Source: Diplonema japonicum (taxonomy: Eukaryota > Protista > Euglenozoa: Diplonemea). Taken from it: DNA of 64,000 bases. The stretch spans positions 368,612 to 432,611 of the forward strand of contig OZ025730.1 in assembly GCA_964019335.1 (NCBI GenBank), written 5' to 3'. The notes below the pieces were generated by a model. That model had not been told where the DNA came from, did not search any database, and saw only the letters and a list, made by a program, of their open reading frames with translations. The position numbers and the translations under genes were made by a program. Below are positions 11,378-23,062 of this stretch, piece by piece. Position 1 is the first letter of the stretch. Each line of letters opens with the position of its first letter.

Positions 11378-11553
11378 CCAGTAAAACTTTAAAAAAAAAA
11401 TAAAGGAAAGAGACAAAAAAAAGGAGATGGCACGGACAAGGAAGAACAACAACAATTTTTTTTTTTAAATCTTAAAAAAAAAAAAAAAAAAAACGGGGAT
11501 AAAAAAAAAATCAAAATAAAGTACGTATTCCTACTCTACTTTATTGTAGCAGC

Positions 11554-12276
11554 TTACCTACCACCGACCATGGGAAGGCACACGCACTTCGCTCCAGTGG
11601 CGGGAACGGGCCCGTGGAACTTCCCACACATAGGCTTCTCGATGCAGGTGTTGGAGGCAGCGTCCAGGACACACTTGTCGTCGACTGTGCACCCAGGGGC
11701 ACCACGGTTCGAGCACTGCTGTCCGATGGAAAGCTCGAAGATGGCAGCGTACATGGGCTCAACACCCACTGGGATCTTCTTGACGGCAGAACCAGCAGCA
11801 AGTTCAATCTTGTAGGTGGTGGTGGGGTTCGCCACACCATTCTTCAGGTAGTAAGGTCCGCAGGACCCGGCACTGAACCCACTGGACAAAAGCACATCAG
11901 GAAGGTTGCCGTAGTAGCTACCGCATGACCCACAGTGGTACAGAACGACGTAGAAGGTGCACGGGACGTTGTCTGCGTCTGGAGGGCACGTCAGCATCAG
12001 CTCCCCCTGGTTGGACTCGAAGCTTACAACATGAGCGGTCGACCAGTGCAGCCACTCGGGGACCCTTGTCCATGTCTCACCAGCAGCTCCCACCTCGATC
12101 TTCGTGTCCACCTCCACATTCGGGATTGGCGACCCAGAGCCCCATGTCACTGTGCCCTTGTTCGGGGGGCCAGGTCTGCCACCAGCAGGACCACTCGGAA
12201 GCGAAGGGAGGTTCGGAAGACCCGGAAGGTTGGGCAGCACCCCAACAGCCAATGCGGTAATCACAGCCTGCAACAT
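11554..12276 (-). CDS. Secreted Pro-rich/Cys-rich protein (lineage-specific family)
   Basis: Signal peptide and LP repeats; GGRPGPPNKG, PEWLHWSTAH, GSCGP and CIEKPMC are shared with 14096-14860. Confidence 0.75.
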   Translation of the reverse strand: MLQAVITALAVGVLPNLPGLPNLPSLPSGPAGGRPGPPNKGTVTWGSGSPIPNVEVDTKIEVGAAGETWTRVPEWLHWSTAHVVSFESNQGELMLTCPPDADNVPCTFYVVLYHCGSCGSYYGNLPDVLLSSGFSAGSCGPYYLKNGVANPTTTYKIELAAGSAVKKIPVGVEPMYAAIFELSIGQQCSNRGAPGCTVDDKCVLDAASNTCIEKPMCGKFHGPVPATGAKCVCLPMVGGR

Positions 12277-13338
12277 TTTTTTTTTTTTTTTTGTCTGTTT
12301 TTTTTTTTTTTTCCCCCTAGTTCATAGTACTTTTCGAAGAGGGGAAAATAACAAAAATAAAAATAAAAATGGGGAAAGCAGGGAGGGGAAGTAAGAAAAA
12401 GAAGGTATGCACCGTCTTTGAATCCAGTCTTGTCCGGGTACTGGTGGGTGGGCTCAAGGACACCTTCATCACAGCAAGGGTTTGAAAGGGAAAAACGGGG
12501 AAATGGGTTTCATTGTGAAGTGCCGTCTTGTTCCTAGATTCTGGCTTTCCTTTCCCTTCTGTAATCGGTGCGAGCACCACCCACCGTACGTCTTCTTCTT
12601 CTTTTTTTTTTTTTTTTTTTTTCTGAGTGCACAAAAATTTCTCCCAGACGTTAAGATGTGTCTATTCCTTTTATCGCTGCATACAATCAAAAAGGGGCTG
12701 GGCAGTGGGGAGGAGAGGGAGGGTGTTTTCCTGTTTATTAAAAAAAAAAAGAAAGGAGAAAAAAAAAAAAAAATAGCTTATTAGTTTCTGGTGAATAAAG
12801 CATTCAGCAAACAAAAGCACCTACAAGGGAAGGGAGCGAAGAAGAAAAAAAAAAGAAAGAAAGAAAGAAAAGAAGAAGAAGAAGAAGAGGGGAAAAAAAA
12901 AAAAAAGAGAGGCAGACCAACAACTTGTGCGTTGCGACAAACCTCAATATTTTTCTTCTTTAATCTACTGGAACGTGAAGAAAAAGTTATTTCTTCCCCC
13001 CCCCTTTTTTTTCTTCCTTTCTTTTTTATCTCTCGTTTCATTTCCCCTCCTCCCGTGCTCCTTCCTTTTGAAGGGCAAGAATGGGGAAGATTTCCCCCAA
13101 TCTATTAGGTCGGCAATACAAATAGGTCAATAGATGGAAGCTTGGTTACTTGTTGGCAGTAAATAGCTATTGTTGTCGTCTACTTTTTTTTTGCTTCTAT
13201 TTTTGGCCTGAACAACGAGAAAAAAAAACTTTTTTTTTTATGTCAGGAAAAAGTATTTTTAGAGACCAGATTTTCATTTTCTATGTTACTGGGTGTGGTT
13301 ATGTGTCTGCTAGCAGATTGTGTCATTTTTTTGTCTTA

Positions 13339-13382
<44 letters not shown>

Positions 13383-14095
13383 GTTCATTTGTACTCGTTT
13401 CTTCGCCTAAGAAGTTCTTCATAAAAAACCAGACAAAAACAAGCTTTTGGTCTCTAAAAATAGTTTTTTTCTTAAAAAGTTTTTTTTTTTGTCAGGTTCC
13501 AAAGAAAAAAAAAAATAAAAAAGGCTCGCAGACAGGTTCGCGCAGAGTTGAGTGAGTTAAAAAAAAAAGCAAGAAAAAAAGGGGGGGAAGCCATGTCCGT
13601 CCGTCTGGGCTCTTGCAGGTACCTCTCAAAGAACACCTGTACGCTGCATGCCCTGTTATTGTGATGTAAACATTTTTTTTTTTAAATAGATTCAGGACTC
13701 ACATAGCATAGTCACGTTGAAAGAGAAAAGAAGGGGAAAGGGGTGGTGTGGGAAGACTAGAGAGACGTGCAAGAATTTTCTTTTTTTTTAAAAAAAAACT
13801 TTTCTTTCTTCTGATTTTATTGTTGGATGAAATTTCTTTATTTTTGTCTACTCTTGACTTTTTTTTTTTTTTTTGATTTTTATTGACTTTTTTTTTTCTT
13901 CATCTTTCTTTCGATTATTCTTTCTTTTTTTTTTTTTCTTTAAAAAAAAAGAAGAATGGAGGGAAAGAAAGAATAACATATTACTTGAAGGTGAGGGGAA
14001 GGGGAGGGGAATACAACAATCACTCCTAAACCCCACTTAAAGGGTTGAAAAGACATTTTGTTCTTCTTTTTTTTTTTCAAATAGCTTTCAGGCTC

Positions 14096-14860
14096 TTAGA
14101 TAGAATCACCTCCCCCTGTCATGGGGATGTCAAGACAGAAGCACTGGCCAGTGCCCTGGACAGGCCCATGGAACCTGGGGGGGCACATGGGCTTCTCGAT
14201 GCAAGACTCATTAGGGGCGTCATAGACACACTTCTCATCGTTCTGGCAGCCAACACTGCCGTGCCTGGAGCACTGCTGGTTGATGGAGAGCTCGAAGATG
14301 GCAGCCGCGAAGAGGTTCTTAGTGAGAGGGATTTCAAGATCTTTCCCTGCCCTCATTTCGTACTTGTAGGTAACGGTGGGGAAGGTCCTTGTCTCCTTCT
14401 CGATGTAGCCGGGCACGAAGCGGGGCCCGCACGACCCAGCAGTAAAACCAGAGCTGAGCAAGGTACCAGGAAGACCGCCGTTCAAGGACTGCAGGTTGGA
14501 GGCGGCCTTGCAGTGGACGCAGTTGTACAGGACCACGTAGAAAGTACACGGGATGTTGTCGCCGCCGTCCAGAGGGCAGCTCAGTTTCAACTTCATCTCC
14601 GAAACCCCGAACTTCACCAGATGAGCAGTAGACCAGTGGAGCCATTCCGGGATGCCCACCCATTTCGCCTGCCCTGTGAGATCCTCTACCATTGTTAGCT
14701 GGTTCACCTCCTTCTTGTCAATGGAGGGGCCACCCGTTACCCACTCCACCTTACCCTTGTTGGGTGGTCCTGGTCTCCCACCGCTCCCGGTAGTGGGCAG
14801 CGTGGGCAGGGTGGGCAGCGTCGACAACGCCAGCATTGCGCATGTGGTCGCGAGCATCAT
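14096..14860 (-). CDS. Secreted Pro-rich/Cys-rich protein (paralogue of 11554-12276)
   Basis: Same motifs in the same order as 11554-12276. Confidence 0.75.
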   Translation of the reverse strand: MMLATTCAMLALSTLPTLPTLPTTGSGGRPGPPNKGKVEWVTGGPSIDKKEVNQLTMVEDLTGQAKWVGIPEWLHWSTAHLVKFGVSEMKLKLSCPLDGGDNIPCTFYVVLYNCVHCKAASNLQSLNGGLPGTLLSSGFTAGSCGPRFVPGYIEKETRTFPTVTYKYEMRAGKDLEIPLTKNLFAAAIFELSINQQCSRHGSVGCQNDEKCVYDAPNESCIEKPMCPPRFHGPVQGTGQCFCLDIPMTGGGDSI

Positions 14861-14981
14861 TTCTTAGTTTGTTATGGTTTCCTTTACAGGGGGGATTTTG
14901 TTATAATTTTTTATATAATTAGGCGAGACACTGAACGCCACCTTTCCCTTGTTTAGTGGAAACAACAACTGGAGAATCCAC

Positions 14982-15247
14982 GCTGGAGGAGATGGCAGCT
15001 AGGCTGAGTCGTCACGAAGAGGCGCAGGCAGCACGCGAGCAGCAGGCACTCCAGGCACAGCAGCGAGGCTCTACGCACATAACGAAAGGGAAGCACTAGT
15101 ACAGGCGGTCTCCATCACGAGGGCGGAGTCCCATCGAGCTCGATCCGAGTCGAGAAAGTTGCATTCGTCTGTGGCAACCAGGCTGGAGGAGATAGCGGCT
15201 AGGCTGAATCGTCAGGAGGAGGCAGCAGGCACTCCAAGCACGGCAGC
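14982..15247 (+). repeat. Imperfect direct repeat, probably a relic of a mobile-element ORF
   Basis: gctggaggagat.gc.gctaggctga.tcgtca...gcagcaggcactcca occurs at ~14982 and ~15182; encodes LEEIAARLNRQEEA on the strand opposite to host genes. Confidence 0.45.
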
Positions 15248-15498
15248 TAGCAACCGAGACCCTACGCACTCAACAGATGGAGGAGGACAGGTCACAGATG
15301 GTGTATCAGATGCAAGCGTGAGGAAACGGCACACAAAAAAAGCCTCGTTGCTGACTTGCAAAAACTGACGCAACACAAAAGGGGGAGGGAGAAGGGGGGA
15401 AATTACTTTTAGCAATAACATTGTGGTGTACTTAGGGTAATGAAGAGGTGTGTATCTTATGAATATCTTGTCTTTTACTTTTTTTCTCTCTTTTTTCT

Positions 15499-16281
15499 TC
15501 ACAGTTTTCCCGATCCAGGTCTTGCCGCCCACCACTTGAGAAACTCTTCGAAGTTTACGGACTCTCCTTGGAACACCTCGCGGGTGGCCTCTAAGATGGG
15601 CAGCGGGGCATCATATCCCAGCAACGCGCTGATATGGGGGAGGTCGGTTTGTATGGTGCAGACGCCTGTTGACTTCGTCAGCGTGTGGAAGAGGTACGCC
15701 AGGTACCGTCTCTCGTAAGGGGGGTATAGGATGTCGGGGTCGGAGGCTTGAGCGACACGTGAGGCCAAGGAAGCATGGGTGGTCTCTAGGTAAACCTGTG
15801 CAAGCCAAGATTTAAGCTCATAATACATGTACCGATAGGAGCTGACAGCTGTCTCAAGATCCTCGAGGCTGAGCTCTGCGACTCTTTCTTCGAATGGCGT
15901 TCTTTTGATCAACTGCCAAGTGTACCTGCTTGCAAGGCCACCGATGTACCTGGCTGTTAGCATTGCGGCGAGAACTTTTCCAGTCGTGCCTTCAGCGTTG
16001 CCTTTTGTAGCCCGCCACCATTTGCAAAAATCCACAAACGAGAGACATTCAGTCTCCTTCCCAACCAGCTCTGCTGTGTACTGGTTGACTCGCTCTTCTG
16101 TTGCCGTGCTGTCAAAGGACCGCAGCATCTGGTCCAACTCCTTCAAATCGATCTTCGCATCCACACTGCTGTCGTATTCAAGGAATATGTCCAACAACAC
16201 GCATTCGTCACTGTTCAGTTCTTCCCTTGCCCATCGCACTGCCTTGATGCAGGCTTCCTCCAGCCCCTCCCGTGTAGACAT
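15499..16281 (-). CDS. EF-hand-containing protein
   Basis: FLEYDSSVDAKIDLKELDQML, LSFVDFCKWW and VNFEEFLKWW EF-hand-like motifs. Confidence 0.7.
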   Translation of the reverse strand: MSTREGLEEACIKAVRWAREELNSDECVLLDIFLEYDSSVDAKIDLKELDQMLRSFDSTATEERVNQYTAELVGKETECLSFVDFCKWWRATKGNAEGTTGKVLAAMLTARYIGGLASRYTWQLIKRTPFEERVAELSLEDLETAVSSYRYMYYELKSWLAQVYLETTHASLASRVAQASDPDILYPPYERRYLAYLFHTLTKSTGVCTIQTDLPHISALLGYDAPLPILEATREVFQGESVNFEEFLKWWAARPGSGKL

Positions 16282-16701
16282 TGGAGCTGTTGGGGAAACT
16301 AATCAATGTTTCACTAAGAGTGAAAATTAAAATAAAGAATGAACATGGGGAACACAGGGAACGGGGTAGATTTTGGGGTCTTTTTATTTTCTTTTGAAAA
16401 AAAAAGAGAAGAAAAGAAATACAAAAAAAGATAAAAACAAGAGAGGGGGGAAGACAAGGAGAGAAAATGGGGGGGGGGGGTACGGTAGACGTTTGATTTC
16501 TCCTTTCATTGTGAGGAAAAGACGAAGAAGGGGACAAGGAAAAACAAAAAAGAAATGTTAACAATTGGGTAAAAAAAAAAGATAAAAACTATACCGGATA
16601 AAAGGCTTATTACAACAACGAGGAAAAAAAGAAGCGGGGCAGGAGGGGCATCTATAAAGGAGTTTAATCTAATTTTTCGTTCTCTTCGTGCGTCGCTATC
16701 T

Positions 16702-19700
16702 TCATATGGGGGGGAGATGCCACACTTCGTGAATGACGCCCGAGAGCATGTTGCAGACAATGTAGGGCTGCCCTGACTGGAAGGAAAGGAGGTACTTTCC
16801 CCCGTTCCAACTCAAAACAGTGAAGGATAAGATATCAACAATCTCTTGAGGGGTAGGATGAGGCCTCCCCTCGGTAGCCTTGTCGAAGACTGCCTGAAGA
16901 AACCTGTTGTCGACCTGAGTAGTATCCATTTTAGCAAGGACTGTCCCCACCTCTTCGTGCAGCGGGGGATTATACACATCCCTGGCTTCTTTTTTGCACC
17001 TTGCAGTGAACTCGGCCAATATGGGGTCTCTCAAAGGCAGCCCCCTCCATGCACCGTTCACACTTTCCGTAGGTTGACAACCCATCAACTGCATGTGCTC
17101 GAGGATTCCAGGGTTGGGAAGAGACTAAGATATTTTTTTTTCTTGAAGTGTGATGAATACCTTTGTGGCGTCAGAGGAGAAACACGGCACTGAACCCAGT
17201 AAAGCATCAGGGGCGGGGAGCCACATCCCTGGGAATGGTTCAGGGCTGTAAGAAAAAGGTTTTTAGAAATGGTAGACTTCTCTCACACCTTAACACATCA
17301 TCGCCCTCGTAGCTGTTCAGGTACCTAGCAAAAACCGCACCGTCGCCCGCGTAGACGGACAGCCCCAGGTCAAAGGTATTGATTTTGTCGAGTAAGATAG
17401 GCGGCTGCGACACCATCCCAGCTATCTCTGCAAGGGTCTCTGGAGGAACCGCTAGCGTGCCACTCGGCTGGAGCGCTGCCTCAAGGGGTTCCTGGGACAC
17501 TCTAACCCACCCTTGGGGAGACCACATTGCCCAGGAAGGCACCGGCTTTCCCCACATCGGAGTCACAGGGGATTTCAGCCCGGGGGCTTCTTGGGCGTGT
17601 AGCGGAAAGGGCACATCTTCTACAGGGTCGTTGTTGTGATGGCTCATCGACGACTGCTTTGTCAGGGACAGGGATTGGGAGGATTTCCCTTTTTTTTCCT
17701 GAATTTTTTTTCCCTCCCCTCTTTTTCTTTTTCGTTCATACCCCTCCCAGCTGTGCGTACGCTGACGAGTGCTCCGAGAACGACGTCTCACACGAAGATA
17801 CATGAGAAGGAACAGCAGTCACCTGTTAAAAAGTTTTATTAATAATAATATTTCGGAACAGGGGCGATTTTCTGGGATCGAACGAAAAGAAAATAAAAAC
17901 ACATTCCGTGTGAGTAGCGCTGGGGAAGGAAAAGTGAAAACACACGAGGGTGTGTGGCTGCTGCCCACCTCCATGTGGTAAAACCCTGGCAACGCGCAGG
18001 CAGTGATAGCGGGGAAACAGAGTTGCGTTCATTAGAACGAAGACTGGAACTGGGGATGGGATACCGGCTTTGAACGCCGAGACTGCTGTGGGAAGAAGGT
18101 AGTTTATAAGGGGCTTATGTGAAAGGGGCCTCCAGCGGTCGTACGAACCCGTGTCCGAGAGCTTCGGCGTCAGCAATTTCTGCTCTTCCTTTCGGGCGGA
18201 GGGTCTGGCTGTCAAGGTGGCTCTGGACATGGTGGCCGCGCTCCGGAGCGAGCACCCCACGTTGGCAGACAGCCGGCTGTCGATCTGTACCGACTCGCTC
18301 TCTCTCCTTGATCAGCTGAGGGCAGGTCCTTCGCGGCAGAGGGAGAGGCTCGACCACGAGACCTGGGAACTGCTGGCGGCACGTGCACAAGGTGCACCAG
18401 TCATTCTCCAGTTTGTGCCGTCCCACTGCGGGGTTCCTGGCAACGAGGCGGCAGACAGGCTGGCCGGGGAGGGCACGAAGCGCGAGCTGACTCGCCCCTC
18501 TCTCGACTACAGGTCGGTCAGGGCCCTGGTCCGTCGCCAGATTCAGCAGAGGTCTGCGGTCATTGTCGGGGAGGTGGCCCCGAGGTACGCGAGGGCCACG
18601 GGGCTCCGAGCGGCGTGCTTCCCCCAGTCCCTCCCCAGGCTAGCGGAGACGGTCATCTCGCGGCTGAGGGTAGGGCACTCCGCTCTCTTCTTCGGCTTCC
18701 TGCAGGCGGCTGGACCGAACAGGAAGAAGGCTGAGCTCAGCTGTCCAGCGTGTGGAGCTCGGATGTCCAGGGAGCACGTTGTTGGGGGGTGCGCTGTGGT
18801 TGGACGGGGTTCGCTCGACGCTCCCAATGGACGCCCCTCGCTGGTGGAGTGCCTGTCAAAACGCGTGACGCAGGTATTCACCCTCATCGCCGACTCTGGC
18901 TTGCTTGACTGGGCCAGATCCGGGGTCTTCACGTCGCCGTCTGCGGCAACGGCAGGTACCGCTGCCCCTTCGTTCATCCCGCCGGCTGTCTCCCTTGACG
19001 CCGGCCCTGCGGCCCCCGTGTTGCGCTGAAGTGAGTAGGGTGAGATCAACATTTCAATTCTTTTAGTGCTTACGTTCCCTTCCCCTCTCTTCCACTCCCT
19101 CTCATCCTTTTCTTTATCATCATCCGGCGTCTGGCCTTTCACTTACCAGTATGCCCGTCCCCTTTTAAACTTTTAAATTTTTAAAATTAACATCCTCTTG
19201 TTATCGTGTGCCCTGACATTGTAGTCAAAAACGGATGGCCCGGCCTACTCTGAAGTTGCCCAGATGAGTCCTCTCATCTTCGCACGAACGAGTGTGGTAC
19301 GGCCATCCCCTCCCCCCGCCAGCCGGAGTGCAGCGGGGAGAGCAAATGCTTCCCCTATCATCCCCATGCGCACACGCACACTCGCTTCCCCTTTTGATTT
19401 TGAGAGATTTTACTCTCACCCTTTCATGTTTCGCTCAATGGAGCAAATCCCTCTCGAGGGGGCCAGTTCCGGTCACCAGAGGTCCCAGTTGAGAAAAACG
19501 ACGAACTGGGGTCAAGGTCCCCGTCCGAGTCACGTAGGTCTACGGCTTGGAATTAAAGTAATTCAGCCCTCTTCGGCTGTTCCAAACAGGTGCACGGGTT
19601 GGCGGAGTCCACAGCTCCATCTGATTGCAGAAGAACTGGTCTTCGCCCTCCCTGTAATATTTCCATGCTTCCCTTCACCTTTCCCCTTCCCAGGTGTTGC

Positions 19701-22700
19701 TCCCCATGGTGGCACCTATTGGTATTTTGGAAAAAAAAAAAAAACAGCGGTCGTAAGTTCCCATGGTCTAGTTGGTTATGACGTCGCCTTAACACGGCGA
19801 AGGTCTCCGGTTCGAACCCGGATGGGAATATTTTTTTTGTATACCTGCACTTTGTGTTCTGGGTTGCTTTGAACCTGCGAGAAGTCACCAGCTTCAGATA
19901 CACTTTTGTGTTCAATATTCTGTGCAGTTGAAAACCGAACATCCATTGTCAAGGTGTCAGTGATTGAATATTCTTTCTCCTTCTCAATAGGCTGCAGGGC
20001 GAGATTCGTGTGAGACCTTAGGGTGTCATCCGGCTGCTGCGTTGAGACAGAGAGATCAGGCCGGAGGGTAGCTTGCTGTGATCCTACTGATACCTCAGGA
20101 ATCTCTTGTCGCGACCTAATCGAAGTTTCTGCTTGGGAGTGCATGAGGTCGGCGTGAGCTGACTGTTGTGATACAGATGATTCTGCACGCTGTGAAGGGT
20201 CTAGAAAGTGCGACTGCTGCGACCTAACTGATGTCTCTGCAACTGCTCCGTGCATGGATGGCTTCTGCGGGACAGACGTCTCGGACACCATCCGAGAGTG
20301 CGTCGACGGCACTTGTTCGGAGTTCCGCAGAATGGGTGCTTGCTGCGAATGAAGCGATGCACCTCTCGCGGACGCTTGGGTCTCTGAATCGTCAACAGGT
20401 ATGGAGTGCATGGCAGAGTGTGCCGAGGGTTGAAGAGTTGACTGTTGAGATCTCATTGTAGTTGGGGGCACTTGAGGCTGCTCGGAAGACATCATGGACG
20501 CTTGCTGCGATCTGAGGGACACATCAGCAGGCCCTGTTGTTCGAGAATGGTGCATGAGCCCTTCGGGTTGTGTTGAGTGCTCGGATCTTGCAGACACCGC
20601 CTGCTGCGTCGAGTGAGCAGAGGTGCCTGCTTGCCTCTCCGAGTGAGCTGTCTGCGACGTCATCATCTCCTCTTGCTCCGGCTGAGACCTCATTGACACA
20701 TCCGCCTGTGAGTGCATAGGGTCTGCCAGTGCAGACTGTTGTGAGCGAGCAGATGCTTGCGACCTCATTGATGTCTCTGCTCGCAACTGTGACTGCTGCA
20801 TAGAGTGGACTGAGGGATCGACGACCTGCGACCTCATTGATGTGTCGGCATGATGGGTGGAGTGGACAGAGGGGTCGATGGTGCCCGACTGCGACCCTAT
20901 GCCCTGCACCTGAGATTGCGAGTGCTGCATAGAAGGTTCGTGCTCAGACCTCATGGACGCCTGCATTGTCGATGCATCGACAGCTTCCCCCACATGCTGT
21001 GAATGCTGCTGGGATCTCATCGACATGTCAGCCTGTTCGGAACGCATAGAGTGTGCAGACATATCAGGCTGATGTTGCGAGCGGTGTGACCTGACCGATG
21101 CATCAGCCTGCTGCTCAGAGCGCATGGAGTGCGCAGACCTCATTGACGCTTCGGGCTGCTCGGAGCGCATGGAATGCGCAGAGATATCGGGCTGTTGCGA
21201 CCTCATTGATGCTTCGGCCTGCTGCTGCGACCTCATTGATGTTTCGGCCTGCTCGGAACGCACGGAGTGCGCAGACCTCATTGACACTTCGGGCTGATCG
21301 GAGCGCATGGAGTGCGCAGAAATATCAGGCTGCTGCGACCTCATTGACACTTCGGCCTGCTGCTCGAAACGCATCTGTTGCTGCGATCTGATTGATGTTT
21401 CAGGCTGCTCAGAACGCATGGATTGTGCAGACATATCGGGCTGCTGCGACCTCATTGACACTTCCGCCTGTTGTAATCTCACTGATGCCTCAGTTTGCTG
21501 CTGCGACCTCATTGATGCTTCAGCCTGCTCGGAGCGCATGGAATGGGCAGATACTTCAGCTTGCTGCTGTGACCTCATTGATGCCTCAGCCTGCTCGGAG
21601 CGCATGGAATGAGCAGATATTTCAGCTTGTTGCTGCGACCTCATAGATGTTTCAGCCTGCTGCTGCGACCTCATTGATACTTCAGCCTGCTCGGAGCGCA
21701 TGGAATGCGCAGAAATATCAGGCTGCTGCGACCTCGTTAACGTTTCAGTATGCAGCGAGTGCATCGAATATTCCGGGATGGTGTGTGAAGCTTCGTCCTG
21801 CTGGGGGTCACGAATAGAGTGGGCAGTGCGCTGTGATAGAGCAGCTGGCATTGTGGCACTGTGTTGGGTGGCGGCCAGGTCTTCTACTTCAGCAGCTATG
21901 TCATTGAGGCGCTGCTGGGGGGTTGCCAGGATAGAGCTGGGTGGGTTTCGATTTTCCGCAAGAGCGAGCTCTCTTTGGAGGTCCCGTATGGTGGCATTCT
22001 TCTCTTCGATGGTCTTGTTGAGCTCGGCAATGATCTTCCCGCTCTCGGATATCATCTGGTCCTTCTCAGTGAGCATCTTCCGCAGCTCTTGCACTCTATC
22101 TCCAGTGTGCTGCAGGTTGATCTGGTCACTGTCGTGTTGCGTCTGCAAGATGGATGACTTTCTTGAGACGGACGCCAGCTTCTGGTCTTTGTCACCGAGA
22201 TCGTTGGATAGCGTGCGTACCAGTTCCTTCAGCTGTGTGGTCTCCTCTGAGTGCTTTGAATGGAAGCTGCTGTTCTGCAGAGTGCCGATGACTTCTTTGA
22301 ACTCGTCAATCTGCGACCTGAGTGTGCTCTCCCTGTCTGCCGCCTCGCGCTGCGAATGTTCCAAGTTGGATCGGGAGACAGCACGCTCGTGTTCGAGTTC
22401 TGCACGAAGTTGGCTGGTTTCGGCTTGGTGGTCGTTCTGGGTCAATAAATCCTTGAGCTCCCGAACCTCTTGCTTGCGCTCGTCGCGCTCTCTTTCAAGC
22501 ATCTGAAGCAGCAGTGTGGTATTCGCGTCTGAGGTCTGCGTTGCGGGCACGACAGGACGCGGTACCATGCTTGGAACATCAACTCCGTGCTGCTTCAGCT
22601 GGGAGATGAGGTCCATGACATCGGTGGCAGAGGATTTGCTTACCTTTGCAATAACTACGACGGCGAAAGAGGCCACCACCATCCCAGCACGGAGTCCTGG

Positions 22701-23000
22701 TCGCCTCTTCCGCGGCTGCAATGCTCTATTCACCTGCTCGTAGTGACCGTGGCCCTGTGGTGACAGGGGACCTCCACCATAAGGAGAGAGAGCCATTTCA
22801 GGAAACTGAAGTTGCTTAACTAGGTGTGCATTCACTGTGTCGTGTTGCCTTTGATACGTTGCGAGGTCATCTCTCGTAGGCGTAGGGTTGCGAGGCCGTT
22901 GGGGGGAGATGAGCCGGAAATGATTCTTTGCTGTGTGTTGCATTTTCCTTGCCACCCCCCTCCCCCTTGTGAGTGTAAGAATGAGCATGAATAGCAGCAT
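16702..23000 (-). CDS. Large coiled-coil and repeat-rich protein; exons ~23000-19845, 17822-17742, 17656(or 17653)-17289, 17245-17161, 17124-16702
   Basis: Four GT-AG introns join three predicted ORFs and two small exons without a frameshift. Intron 17823-19844 contains tRNA-Val and a LINE fragment. The start codon is uncertain. Confidence 0.7.
18144..19744 (+). mobile_element. 5'-truncated copy of the RNase H-bearing non-LTR retrotransposon, with poly(A) tail and 11-bp TSD
   Basis: Near-identical to the 3' part of 29734-36420 (RNase H, CCHC finger, 3' UTR). CAGCGGTCGTA flanks it at 18133-18143 and 19745-19755. Confidence 0.92.
19757..19830 (+). tRNA. tRNA-Val(AAC)
   Basis: GTTCCCA/TGGGAAT acceptor, anticodon arm TCGCC-TTAACAC-GGCGA, T-loop TTCGAAC, followed by oligo-T. 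Confidence 0.95.
20100..21780 (-). repeat. Coding tandem repeats (SMRSQQ / ISAHSMRSEQ)
   Basis: Many degenerate copies of gacctcattga and gagcgcatgga within the ORF. Confidence 0.85.
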
Positions 23001-23062
23001 TGTGCTGTTTGGCTAAAAGGTTAGAGAAACAAGAAGAAAAAGAGTCTAAGAGTGTCTAAAAT

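Noticed and set aside
10500-14040. Many short K/F-rich ORFs
   Set aside because: Artefacts of poly(A)/poly(T) intergenic tracts.
19264-19872. 202-aa ORF, with a counterpart at 29528-30211, in the LINE 3' region
   Set aside because: It runs through the poly(A) tail into unrelated flanks and has no recognisable domain; treated as UTR.
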